Source: a virus. Taken from it: a DNA stretch of 55,793 nucleotides. The stretch covers positions 1 through 55,793 of IMG/VR virus record IMGVR_UViG_3300036827_000017; one strand, given 5' to 3'. Of the stretch, positions 24,801-33,608 are shown piece after piece (within the stretch, counting starts at the first letter, position 1; every line of letters begins with the position of its first letter). The translations under genes were made by a program, and so were the position numbers. The notes under the pieces were generated by a model, which saw only the letters and a list, made by a program, of their open reading frames with translations, did no database searches and was not told where the DNA came from.

Positions 24801-25136
24801 CTATTGATCTCGAAGATTCTCGATTTTCCTGTCGTTCACTTCAAAGTGCTTCTCCATGCGCTCCAGATGCCTCTCTAGGTCTATATTTCGCATGTCGTAC
24901 TCGGTCCTGCCAAGGCAATTCTTTTCCAGTCCAGCAACGCGGTTCTCCATGTTGTGATAGATCATGCCCACCAAAGTTATGAACACACCCAAGGCCACGC
25001 TGATTGCGACGCGCCAAACATCCGTCCAAGGCGTAGTTTGCTGGCTGGCATCTATCAGGGAAGAAATAATCACAACGCCGCCGACGAGGGGAGCCGCTTT
25101 TGCCAGTCCACTGACGAAGTGGAAATTGGTGATCAC
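24801..25136 (-). CDS. membrane protein with C-terminal coiled coil (111 aa)
   Basis: two hydrophobic segments, then charged helical tail. Confidence 0.55.
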   Translation of the reverse strand: MITNFHFVSGLAKAAPLVGGVVIISSLIDASQQTTPWTDVWRVAISVALGVFITLVGMIYHNMENRVAGLEKNCLGRTEYDMRNIDLERHLERMEKHFEVNDRKIENLRDQ

Positions 25137-25327
25137 TTAGGCGGCAGCTCCATTGATCTCCCGAAGGCCCAACCTGCGAACGCGCCTGCGAGGGTCTGGA
25201 AACTCCCGAGGAGTTCCTGCAAGCCGAAACTTGTTTCCTGATGAACCTTGCCAAGCGCGACTGTCTCGGCGAGGATGAACATCATCACTAACAAGGCTGC
25301 ACCGAGTATCATGCGTGGGTCTTTCAT
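25133..25327 (-). CDS. small membrane protein (64 aa)
   Basis: ILGAALLVMMFILAETVAL. Confidence 0.55.
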   Translation of the reverse strand: MKDPRMILGAALLVMMFILAETVALGKVHQETSFGLQELLGSFQTLAGAFAGWAFGRSMELPPK

Positions 25328-25330
25328 GAA

Positions 25331-25744
25331 CTATTCCTCTGGAGTTTTTGGTATCACAAGTTCGCCGCGGGCTGTAACTTGCGCTGGAGCTACGCGGCCT
25401 TCAGGGGTTGAGGTTAAAGTGACTCGGTTGTAGGACACTTGGTAGAACGCTTCCTGTAGCACATACTGACTGAGCCAATGCCACGTCGTGACCGCAATCA
25501 CACCGAGCGCGGGAATGTTGATAATGAGCTGGTAACGATACCCGACTGGCGGCGTTCCTGCGTTCCACACGTAGCCGATGCCCGTGTGAATGCCGATCGC
25601 CGTGGCAATGCTGACGAGACGCTTCCCCCATGCCTGCCCGTTTTGCTTCAGCCAAGGAAACCACGATGCGTTCTTGAGTTGCTGGATCGCCCATACCGCC
25701 ACGCCCGCTGCTGTAAATTGTGTGACGGCTAAATTAGCGTCCAT
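25331..25744 (-). CDS. multi-pass membrane protein (137 aa)
   Basis: several hydrophobic segments. Confidence 0.6.
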   Translation of the reverse strand: MDANLAVTQFTAAGVAVWAIQQLKNASWFPWLKQNGQAWGKRLVSIATAIGIHTGIGYVWNAGTPPVGYRYQLIINIPALGVIAVTTWHWLSQYVLQEAFYQVSYNRVTLTSTPEGRVAPAQVTARGELVIPKTPEE

Positions 25745-25961
25745 ACCGTTCTCCCATAAGAGCTTGATTTAACTGTTCGCGCAGCCCCTTGGCCGTATCG
25801 ACTGGCAATGTGTATTTCACGATCGGCGCTCCCCTTGCGTACAGCGTTAAAATAATCTTCCCTTCGATTCGCTCGATGGCAACCCCGTCCGCGACTTCGA
25901 TCTGATCCCGTGGCACGTCACTAAGGATGTATCCCGTTATTCGTATTGGAAAGTGTACCAC
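25734..25961 (-). CDS. hypothetical protein (75 aa)
   Basis: ORF in operon context. Confidence 0.5.
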   Translation of the reverse strand: MVHFPIRITGYILSDVPRDQIEVADGVAIERIEGKIILTLYARGAPIVKYTLPVDTAKGLREQLNQALMGERYGR

Positions 25962-26949
25962 TGGTTACAATACTTAGAATCCCCGTCCCCGTGGTCATGT
26001 TGGTCGTCGTGGTATCGCATCTCCAGGTCACTCCGTCCGTGAGCCACGCGCACGCCGTTGACATTATCGGCGGTGGTGGCGTTCCCGATTGCACCAATTG
26101 AATTGCATCGTACTTGGCATTATTCGCGGTGCCCTTTACGAACGAAATAATGATGGTGCCTGTCGAGGTGACCGTAATCGTCTTGTCGATGGCCTTGTAT
26201 TGCCCGCCTGCTGCCGCGAAAATGTCGAAATTCGATAAAACATGGACCCCGTTGATCGTCACATTGAAAACTCGCTGGCCCGCCGCCGTAAAGTAGATCT
26301 CCGCAAACTTGATGGTCAGCGAATAAGTTCCTGCGGGCGCCGGGATCGTACAGGTTGTTACGCCGGGATTGTCGTAGCGTTCGCTCTGATACAAAGCTGC
26401 ATCGGCCAGAGAAGGCAACGCGCCGGTAATCGCATGGGTTGTGGTAAAGGTACTTCCCCCAGCGCAATACGTCGTATCCGCCGACCAAGTATTTCCTTGC
26501 GAATCCGTATAGGCCGTACCGGGCTTTATCCGCACGGGCGTAAAACTCGTGTCTGCCGGAATCACGGCCTGAACCTCGTTGCTGAATACCGACGTGATGC
26601 TGGCCGAGTTCATCGTGGTCACGACGTAGTAGTACGTCTGTCCAGCAACCACGCTGGTATCGACGAAACTCGTTCCCGGAATGAGAGCAGGCGACAATGC
26701 TATTTCCGTTCCGGGAGTTTGGCTTCGCAGTACGTTGTAGCCAGAACAGGTCTGTGCAATCTTTCCTGTCAAGTCTGTACCACACGAAGTCGCAGCCGTC
26801 CATGTAAGCGTGGCTGAGTGGGTCGTCGCCGTATTCGTCACCGTAGGCGATGCGAGCGTCGGTACCGTCATCGTCGGGTCAGCATTACGCTGACCGTGCG
26901 CCGGCAGAGCGAATAGGAATGACGCCAGTAGGAACAGTTTCATCCTCAT
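25921..26949 (-). CDS. exported Fn3-like + malectin-domain carbohydrate-binding protein
   Basis: start moved to MRMKLFLLASFLFALPAHG/Q signal peptide; YTDSQGNTWSAD...LYQSERY...YSLTIKFAEIYFTAAGQRVFNVTINGVHVLSNFDIFAAAGG is malectin-like. Confidence 0.8.
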   Translation of the reverse strand: MRMKLFLLASFLFALPAHGQRNADPTMTVPTLASPTVTNTATTHSATLTWTAATSCGTDLTGKIAQTCSGYNVLRSQTPGTEIALSPALIPGTSFVDTSVVAGQTYYYVVTTMNSASITSVFSNEVQAVIPADTSFTPVRIKPGTAYTDSQGNTWSADTTYCAGGSTFTTTHAITGALPSLADAALYQSERYDNPGVTTCTIPAPAGTYSLTIKFAEIYFTAAGQRVFNVTINGVHVLSNFDIFAAAGGQYKAIDKTITVTSTGTIIISFVKGTANNAKYDAIQLVQSGTPPPPIMSTACAWLTDGVTWRCDTTTTNMTTGTGILSIVTSGTLSNTNNGIHP

Positions 26950-27244
26950 TGATAAGCCTCTGAAGCAATTCATAGCGAGTCGAGCAATCTGCTTTGCGAA
27001 GAATTTCTGAGACGTGAAATTTAACTGTGCGGGTCGCACATCCCAACGAACTTGAGATTTCCTTGTTATGCAAGCCGCGACGGATGCCATCTAACACTTG
27101 GCGCTGGCGGTAGGTCAACCGCATCCCTCTAAGCAAATTCATCTCGGTAAGGACAAGTTTCTGCACGCGGCTTAGTTCTTGCTTCGCCATTTCAAATTGC
27201 CGAACGGCGTGGTCGAGTTGCGCTCCTAGAGAGAGTTCTTTCAT
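26885..27244 (-). CDS. LuxR/GerE-type HTH regulator
   Basis: LTYRQRQVLDGIRRGLHNKEISSSLGCATRTVKFHVSEILRK. Confidence 0.8.
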   Translation of the reverse strand: MKELSLGAQLDHAVRQFEMAKQELSRVQKLVLTEMNLLRGMRLTYRQRQVLDGIRRGLHNKEISSSLGCATRTVKFHVSEILRKADCSTRYELLQRLINEDETVPTGVIPIRSAGARSA

Positions 27245-27253
27245 GTTTAGTTC

Positions 27254-28315
27254 TCAATCCGCAAAACAAATCACCTTTAACACGTCATTTGCTACAAATG
27301 AGGTCGGCACTGTCACGTCGCTGAAATTGGTGATCGTTACAGACGTTGTGCTCTCTCCTCCTGTTTGCCTCTGTAGAGATACTGACGTTGTTTGCGTCGT
27401 AATGTCACTTGCGGAACAATTCCAACCTGTCACGGCTCCTGGCATAGTTACAGTGCAAGCTGATCCTGGTGCCGTGCCAACGGCAATCTTAAATGCTGCT
27501 GTCCCGTTCTGTGCCGAGATCGTTGCCGCGCTGCCACCACACCCCGCACCCGCAATTGTTGGGGCAGTAGTGGATATAATGGGCGCCCCGGTCACTGAGT
27601 TCATGATTGCGGTAAGAAACTGAAAATTTAGATTGGACCTTATAAACGTCGGCGATGCTATCAGTCCGTTGGAGCTTCCAGCATTTAGCAGTAGGTTGGT
27701 GCCATCCGTATTTATGCCCACGCTTGGCGCAGACGTGAACGCATAGGTCGGCAACGCGGTAGTCCCGTTCGGTCCTAAAACTGCCTCAGTGGTCGTCACG
27801 TTCGTTGCGTTATCGCTCAGTGCCGAATCTACAAACGTGGTGGCGTTTGACCGTTTAGGCAGTACGTTGTTGGTCGCATTAATAGTGGTGCCCGCGCCTC
27901 CACCGCCCCCACCCGCTCGGGCAGAAGCGATGGATTGGACAATGGACACGGTAGTTGACCCGCCGGCCTGTGTGGACATGCGCATGTACACGTTGGTATA
28001 GCCAGCGGTATTCGCCTGCCATGTCCCCGTTCCAGTCGTCGAAGTTACGGCAGTCGTGCTATTGCTCGGCGTGACGTTCAATGCGACCCGCGTTGTGCCA
28101 CCATCGCCAGAGGCTTCGAATTGGATCGTGTTTCCCGAGGCGTTGGTTGTGATCGTGAATGTTGCCCCGCCTTGGCCGGGATCGACAGAAACGCCGAGGC
28201 AGGATGTGGACGTGCAACTGGCGCTTGCCGCCGTCAGGGGTATTTTCTGCTGCGCCGGAGACGCACGCGCTAGTGCCAGCATTATTAAAATAATAATGAG
28301 CAACCTTTTTTGCAT
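27254..28315 (-). CDS. exported fibre-like protein, paralogue A (353 aa)
   Basis: MQKRLLIIILIMLALARASPA/QQ signal peptide; N-domain aligns with that of 28324..31008; GGGGGGAG linker. Confidence 0.75.
   Translation of the reverse strand: MQKRLLIIILIMLALARASPAQQKIPLTAASASCTSTSCLGVSVDPGQGGATFTITTNASGNTIQFEASGDGGTTRVALNVTPSNSTTAVTSTTGTGTWQANTAGYTNVYMRMSTQAGGSTTVSIVQSIASARAGGGGGGAGTTINATNNVLPKRSNATTFVDSALSDNATNVTTTEAVLGPNGTTALPTYAFTSAPSVGINTDGTNLLLNAGSSNGLIASPTFIRSNLNFQFLTAIMNSVTGAPIISTTAPTIAGAGCGGSAATISAQNGTAAFKIAVGTAPGSACTVTMPGAVTGWNCSASDITTQTTSVSLQRQTGGESTTSVTITNFSDVTVPTSFVANDVLKVICFAD
28283..28295 (+). repeat. 13-bp dyad box
   Basis: exact; inside signal peptide LLIIILIM of 27254..28315. Confidence 0.9.
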
Positions 28316-28323
28316 TTACCCTC

Positions 28324-31008
28324 CTAGTGCGTCCCCACCACGTAATCCACGGTAAAGCCCTGCAAGGTGAAATCGGCGTTCGTTCCCCCGCCTGTCGGCA
28401 ATCCACCAGCCCAATTGCTGATCTGACAGTTAGCGATCGCATCGTTGGCCTGTATTAAAAAGCCAGGAGTTCCGAAGGGAATGTTGGTGGCTAAGATGCT
28501 GTCCGTGAACGTTCGAACAGATGTATTGTTCTGCCATACCGTGAGCAACGCAGACGTAGGTGAGATCTGTTTAACTGATAGACCGATTTTGTCGTTTGCC
28601 GCAACTGTCAGCGTGAAGGTGTCGAGCGTATTGTTGCCGCCGTTGATAAATGCAACTAACCTCTCTGTCGCTACAGGACTTCCTAGTGGTCCATCGATCT
28701 CCAATTTATACGCGCAGCCAGCGCCGCAGGTACTTACTTCCGAGCGGACTAGGGCATTGACAGTATTGCTAGCCGTAAGGGTTTTGATCGTCACTTCTGA
28801 GTACTGATCGTTCGGCCAAGTTCCCGGTCCAGTGAAAAAAGCGGCAGACGGCGTAGCCGTTGCGGTCGGCTCGGCGATATTTCCTGCAATGACTTTAGGA
28901 AGTATGCAGCAGGGTTGAAAGTTGGTGAAGTTCCCGCCATCGCTCAGGGGATTTTCAACGACTGAAAAATTGTACGAATAGAGCGTCAAGGGAAACGGCC
29001 CCGTACCGGCAAAACTCCCCGTCGTTGCCGTTGCCGCGATCACTTCATCAACCGATGTGTCAATCGTCGTTGTCGCGTTCTGGAGTGCTGGCGCCGCTAC
29101 TCCGTCCATCCCGGTTCCAATCGCCTTCTGTGAATTACTGGTGATGCCATCGGTCAGAATCTTGGCCTCTACGCTGAGAGTGCCGCCGCTCACAGTCGAT
29201 GTGACCGTGGAAACCGTAGTCCCGCCCCAGTCGATCGTGAGCGTCTTGGAGTTCCCGTTCGCACGGGTAGCGCCCCATGCTCTGACCAGGAGATAATCGC
29301 CGCCTCCGGGACTTTGCGCCACGGTTTGCAAGGCCAACGGTTGAAACGAATTGTAAAGCAGCGTTTTTGCCGGAACGGTGTAGCTGGAAAGCGTCGTCTT
29401 GGCAGTCGAGAAATCACCGAACGCCGTTGATGACGTGTACTTATTCCCGGTTGTCTTGTTCCAGGAGGGTTGCTCAACTTTGTAATTCTGCCCGCCGCTG
29501 GTGAAGAACACGTTGCCGTTCACGATGCCGTGATCTGAGTACACCCAGGAAACCGTTCCACCTGTAATCCCAGGCGTTTCCTCGGTCGCTCCGGTCTGAT
29601 AGACCCACGGTCCACTGACGGCCTTTTCAACATTGGCTTCTGGAAAGTTGATTAGCATTCCCTGAAATACTTTTGTGCCAATGTCCACCTGATTCACATC
29701 GTTATAGAACAGCGCATGAAAGACAGTTATCGGGTAGGAAGAATTTATGCCTTCGCGGTTGTAGGTCTTGAACATCGCAAGCCCAGTAGTGCACTCGAAC
29801 AGGTAGGGCGTATAGACCGCCGTGTGCTCGCCGTTAATTTCAAGGCAGGTTTCCGAGCCGCGCATGTAGATATTCCGGGCGTACATTCCGTCATCGTAAG
29901 TGGAAGGACTGACGATGCCCTTTTCTCCCGCTGCCGCAAGGGTTGTAGGTTGGCTTAGATAATTCGTGTCCACGCCGATGGTACTGAATTGCGTAGCCTC
30001 CAGCATGTCGATGGCGTATTCATTTCCGCGCTGATTGTCGGGGAATCGGACACCGATGTTTTCCATCGACACAGGGCCGTTCCACTCTCCCGGCGCGAGC
30101 GAAAAGAAGTTGGGCCTTTTCCACCAGCCCACTAGGATATTTGCTCCTGCCGCTGTCCGGGCCGCTGCCGTGATATTGAAAATGACGCCAACATCGGTTT
30201 CCAGTGGAAGACCAAGAGTCCCGTGCTCCATGCCGAAATTCGCTGATTCTCCGACGAAATTGAATTGCGGATAAGTTGCCGCGCCGGCGACTGCCGGGAT
30301 ACCCCAAACAAAACAATAATTTGTATAAGGACTGGTTACTTCGAGTGTGCAGGAGTTCCCGTTATAGATTCCGTTTCGGAAATAGAACGTACCACCTGTT
30401 GCTGTAACGGCAGTCATCGCGCTATTCACAACGACTGCGGCATCAGTACCGGAAAAGTCAGCTAGGCCAGTCAATCCGTTCATCGCGCAGTACGTGGTTC
30501 CTGTAGGGCTATAGTTGGTAAATGAGCACGCTGCGGTGGATGGGAAAAATGTGTAAGTGCTAACGCCACCTCCACCGCCCCCCCCTGCTCCACCACCACC
30601 GCCCCCGGCTCTGGCAGAGGCGGTGGATTCAATAATACTGGCTACTACCGGCCCACTTGAAAAAGTCGATACTCGCTCACGCACATTCGTATAGCCAGCG
30701 ACATTCGCCTGCCAAGTGCCCGTTCCCGTGGCCGACGTAACCGCCGTAGTACTGTTACTCGGGGTCACGTTTAAGGCTACCCAAGTCGTTCCTCCATCTC
30801 CAGATGCTTCAAATTGCACCGTGGCGGAAAATGTTCCAGTTAGAGTGAATGTGGCCCCGCCCTGCGTTGGATCAACAGACACGGATAGGCAGGCTGCGGA
30901 AACCCCCGATGCACAAGTGGTTCCCGAGGCGGTCAGGTTTGCCTTTTGCTGCGCCGGTGCCGCCAGTGCCAGCGCCAACAGTATTAAAATAATAATTAAT
31001 CGCTTCAT
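28324..31008 (-). CDS. exported fibre/depolymerase-like protein, paralogue B (894 aa)
   Basis: start moved to M79 = MKRLIIILILLALALAAPA/QQ; shared N-domain, long poly-Gly linker, large C-terminal region. Confidence 0.75.
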   Translation of the reverse strand: MKRLIIILILLALALAAPAQQKANLTASGTTCASGVSAACLSVSVDPTQGGATFTLTGTFSATVQFEASGDGGTTWVALNVTPSNSTTAVTSATGTGTWQANVAGYTNVRERVSTFSSGPVVASIIESTASARAGGGGGGAGGGGGGGVSTYTFFPSTAACSFTNYSPTGTTYCAMNGLTGLADFSGTDAAVVVNSAMTAVTATGGTFYFRNGIYNGNSCTLEVTSPYTNYCFVWGIPAVAGAATYPQFNFVGESANFGMEHGTLGLPLETDVGVIFNITAAARTAAGANILVGWWKRPNFFSLAPGEWNGPVSMENIGVRFPDNQRGNEYAIDMLEATQFSTIGVDTNYLSQPTTLAAAGEKGIVSPSTYDDGMYARNIYMRGSETCLEINGEHTAVYTPYLFECTTGLAMFKTYNREGINSSYPITVFHALFYNDVNQVDIGTKVFQGMLINFPEANVEKAVSGPWVYQTGATEETPGITGGTVSWVYSDHGIVNGNVFFTSGGQNYKVEQPSWNKTTGNKYTSSTAFGDFSTAKTTLSSYTVPAKTLLYNSFQPLALQTVAQSPGGGDYLLVRAWGATRANGNSKTLTIDWGGTTVSTVTSTVSGGTLSVEAKILTDGITSNSQKAIGTGMDGVAAPALQNATTTIDTSVDEVIAATATTGSFAGTGPFPLTLYSYNFSVVENPLSDGGNFTNFQPCCILPKVIAGNIAEPTATATPSAAFFTGPGTWPNDQYSEVTIKTLTASNTVNALVRSEVSTCGAGCAYKLEIDGPLGSPVATERLVAFINGGNNTLDTFTLTVAANDKIGLSVKQISPTSALLTVWQNNTSVRTFTDSILATNIPFGTPGFLIQANDAIANCQISNWAGGLPTGGGTNADFTLQGFTVDYVVGTH
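30578..30585 (-). repeat. G8 homopolymer (C8 on plus strand) in a poly-Gly linker
   Basis: read directly; inside 28324..31008. Confidence 0.8.
30982..30994 (+). repeat. 13-bp dyad box
   Basis: exact; inside signal peptide RLIIILIL of 28324..31008. Confidence 0.9.
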
Positions 31009-31019
31009 TGCCCTCCTTT

Positions 31020-31778
31020 TTACCAGATTCCTTGATGATGCCGCGGAACGCCTGACGGTGGTGCTGCCGGCGCGATGGCGACCGATGCTCCTGCCCAGTG
31101 CCCAGCAGCCGATAGCGTGGCTGCAACCGTAAATGTTCCGGTTCCAGCCGGAAGTTGATCCTCGGTGCCCAAGGGGTAGAAGTGGACGTTCTGACAGCCA
31201 GTGCACGGCGCCGCCACATTGTTGCCCGTCACCGAGGTCCATCCGCTGCCTGCGGTAGCGATGTAGGCGTTGATCGAGGGAGCGTTGAAGTCGCCAAACC
31301 CGGAAAATATGGCCGTGCCCGCTGTGGACACCGTAAGGCTTGGGGTAGTTCCAGAGGTTGTCGTGCCTTGGGCTTCCTGGTGATCTGCAATTGGAGAAAT
31401 ACTAGATACGCCAGCGAGATCGTAAACCACAATTGAGGTGTCGGTGCCACTGGTGGCTACCGTAATCGTCGTCGCGGAGGCTGCTACATTCAGATGATAC
31501 GTCCAACGGCAGTTGTTAGGAATGGCGCCACCCGAGTTTACGGAATTAGCTACGACCACGTAATTCCCGGCGTTGACGTTATCAGTGGTGTTTCCACTGA
31601 ACCCAGACCCAGTACAGTAAAAGGCTAGCAAGGTGTCGCCTAACGCATTAGGTGTAAGCGTCACAGACACATTGTTAGTCGTTTGCGTGCTGGTCACGAT
31701 CTGGCTAACGGTGACACCAGCCGCCTGCGCAACAGAGGCACAGCACAACAACATCCCGAGGATTAGTAGGCGTCTCAC
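31020..31778 (-). CDS. exported protein (252 aa)
   Basis: GTG 31778 overlaps upstream stop (GTGA); (M)RRLLILGMLLCCASVAQA/AG signal peptide. Confidence 0.6.
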   Translation of the reverse strand: MRRLLILGMLLCCASVAQAAGVTVSQIVTSTQTTNNVSVTLTPNALGDTLLAFYCTGSGFSGNTTDNVNAGNYVVVANSVNSGGAIPNNCRWTYHLNVAASATTITVATSGTDTSIVVYDLAGVSSISPIADHQEAQGTTTSGTTPSLTVSTAGTAIFSGFGDFNAPSINAYIATAGSGWTSVTGNNVAAPCTGCQNVHFYPLGTEDQLPAGTGTFTVAATLSAAGHWAGASVAIAPAAPPSGVPRHHQGIW

Positions 31779-33322
31779 TGGGATAGAGATACAAACCACG
31801 AAGTCTGCTTGCTGGTGCCGTCCGCTACCCACGTAAATTTGATTACGTCGCCGCTGGCGATCGTCGTTGTCGCGCTCTGCGTGCCTGCCGCACCGCCCGC
31901 CGCCGCCGTACACGTCACCGCGCCGGTCAAAAGCCCCGTCGCCGCGCCATTTGTCGCATTCAGCGTCGATGATCCCGCATTGTCGGTGAAGCACCCGATG
32001 CGCGTGATCGTCCATGTCACTCCCGAATCGTTGTAGCAGTTGGTTTGCAGATACGTGCCCGCAGCTACGGCATTAAGACCATCGCCAAGTCCCGTGTCGC
32101 AACGCAGTTTTGCGTATTGCGATGGACATCCCGCAGTGCTGACCAGATGTTTGTTAGAGTCGGTGCAGACAAGGTTGCTGGCTGTCAGATCGTTCACCGT
32201 AGCCGTAGCAAACGTATTCTTCGTGCTCGATCCGGCCTGGAAGATGCCGTAGTTATTAGCGCCAGAGCCTTCGTCATCAAAATAATCTACATAGTTCGCC
32301 GTACCACCTGCTGTTTGCGCACGATGACGTACTCCATATATAGTGCCGAACGAACCTCCTGCTGCCGCATGATTTGTTGGTACGTTAAAGTTTGTAGCGT
32401 TGGTGATCGTCCCTGCTGCTTCTGTATCTATCTCGTAGTTCATGCCTATCGCGTCTGTTAGTGTTCCCTGCGCGGCAATCGCTACTCCCCCGTTTTGTCC
32501 TACACATGAGGCTACAGTGTTCCCTAAACCGGGACTCGCATAGCAGTCAGTCTCGGCTCCAACGCCGGAAGTTGCGTTGCCGGAAACAGCCCCAGCGATC
32601 TGTACCGCCAGTGCTGTTGCGTCTGTAGCTCCTTTATTTATAAAGGACGCTGCTATTCCGGGATTACCAGCAGTGCCAGGGAAGGGAGTATTACTACCTA
32701 CGAATAAGCCTATTGTCTCAGATAGGATAGGTACAAGGTCAGTTGGTAAACCTGAAAGTGTCGGACCTATAGTTGCTTTTTTATTTACATTGTCCCAAGT
32801 AAATTGAGCGTCACCACCTATAGATGTCGCGCCAGTCCAGAACGTAACTTCCCCGGCAGCGCCACTCCCTGTAATTGACCCCCCGCCACCCACTACACAT
32901 CCCACTGAAAGCGGCACTGTAAACGCATTGATCTGCGAGGTGAGGTCTACTGGCCCTGCGCCCGTGATCCCCGTGAGTGGGCCTGTGCTGAAATTGGAGA
33001 TCCCGCATCTCTCAGTTATACGGAACACATAATGGCAAGTGGTCAGCGCATTGCCGTTTACATCCTTCAATTGCGAGGTGTCGAAAAGCACCTGGCTGAA
33101 GTGACCATTGCTATCTAGTCCGACCGTTGGCGTGTCGCGCGCAATTGGAGTTGGACCGCTATAAGCCTGTTCATTGCCAGGACACACCAGCGAAGCATGA
33201 GCGGTCCCGTTAGCCCACGGGCCGTTCGAGCCGATAACTGTGGCACTCACGGTAAGCTGCTGCGCGTGCAAAAAAGCAGGACACGCCATCAGTATTAAAA
33301 TAATAATGAGACGTTTGACCAT
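31775..33322 (-). CDS. exported fibre-like protein (515 aa)
   Basis: MVKRLIIILILMACPAFLHA/QQ signal peptide; Gly/Thr/Ala-rich repeats. Confidence 0.75.
   Translation of the reverse strand: MVKRLIIILILMACPAFLHAQQLTVSATVIGSNGPWANGTAHASLVCPGNEQAYSGPTPIARDTPTVGLDSNGHFSQVLFDTSQLKDVNGNALTTCHYVFRITERCGISNFSTGPLTGITGAGPVDLTSQINAFTVPLSVGCVVGGGGSITGSGAAGEVTFWTGATSIGGDAQFTWDNVNKKATIGPTLSGLPTDLVPILSETIGLFVGSNTPFPGTAGNPGIAASFINKGATDATALAVQIAGAVSGNATSGVGAETDCYASPGLGNTVASCVGQNGGVAIAAQGTLTDAIGMNYEIDTEAAGTITNATNFNVPTNHAAAGGSFGTIYGVRHRAQTAGGTANYVDYFDDEGSGANNYGIFQAGSSTKNTFATATVNDLTASNLVCTDSNKHLVSTAGCPSQYAKLRCDTGLGDGLNAVAAGTYLQTNCYNDSGVTWTITRIGCFTDNAGSSTLNATNGAATGLLTGAVTCTAAAGGAAGTQSATTTIASGDVIKFTWVADGTSKQTSWFVSLSQ
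33293..33305 (+). repeat. 13-bp dyad box
   Basis: exact; inside signal peptide RLIIILILM of 31775..33322. Confidence 0.9.
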
Positions 33323-33453
33323 TACGCCCTCTTCGACATGCGCCGACCATGTTTCTTGCTCTTACGGCCCTTGCCACGTTCGAAGGGCTTGAACTCTTTC
33401 TTGGCATCGGCTTCGGACTCCATCTGCGAGCCTGCTATCTTTTTTGCGAACAT
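33322..33453 (-). CDS. small basic protein (43 aa), not in ORF track
   Basis: GGAGG 8 nt before ATG 33453; MFAKKIAGSQMESEADAKKEFKPFERGKGRKSKKHGRRMSKRA; TAATG junction with the next gene. Confidence 0.4.
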   Translation of the reverse strand: MFAKKIAGSQMESEADAKKEFKPFERGKGRKSKKHGRRMSKRA

Positions 33454-33455
33454 TG

Positions 33456-33608
33456 TCATTTCCTCCGTGAACTGCGCTTCGAATGGCGCACTTTGTGGCG
33501 CTTGCCACCGACTACCACCGACTCGGCGTGCGTGGGGATGTTATGAATATGCGTATAAGCGTTGTATTTTCGGTACGCTTCTTTGTCCTTGAATCTTTCG
33601 GTTGGCAC
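33456..33608 (-). CDS. small basic protein (50 aa), not in ORF track
   Basis: GTG 33608 shares one base with the upstream TAG; ...GGKRHKVRHSKRSSRRK. Confidence 0.35.
   Translation of the reverse strand: MPTERFKDKEAYRKYNAYTHIHNIPTHAESVVVGGKRHKVRHSKRSSRRK

Noticed and set aside
27254-31008. Diversity-generating retroelement (template/variable repeat) explanation for the paralogous fibre N-domains
   Set aside because: No reverse transcriptase gene is present. Differences between the two copies are spread over all bases rather than adenine-specific, and they lie at the N-terminal rather than the C-terminal end.
28324-31242. Long N-terminal extensions of track ORFs 28324..31242, 31020..32015, 25921..27090, 2697..4136 and 5276..5653
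   Set aside because: The extensions overlap upstream genes. Internal starts give signal peptides, Shine-Dalgarno sites or 4-nt stop/start overlaps, so the shorter forms were called.
28059-33407. Track ORFs 28059..28442, 30872..31219 and 33210..33407 (-) containing HYYFNN / INYYFNT / HYYFNT
   Set aside because: They are the dyad box read in the alternative open frame. They overlap much longer, motif-supported genes and are not independent genes.
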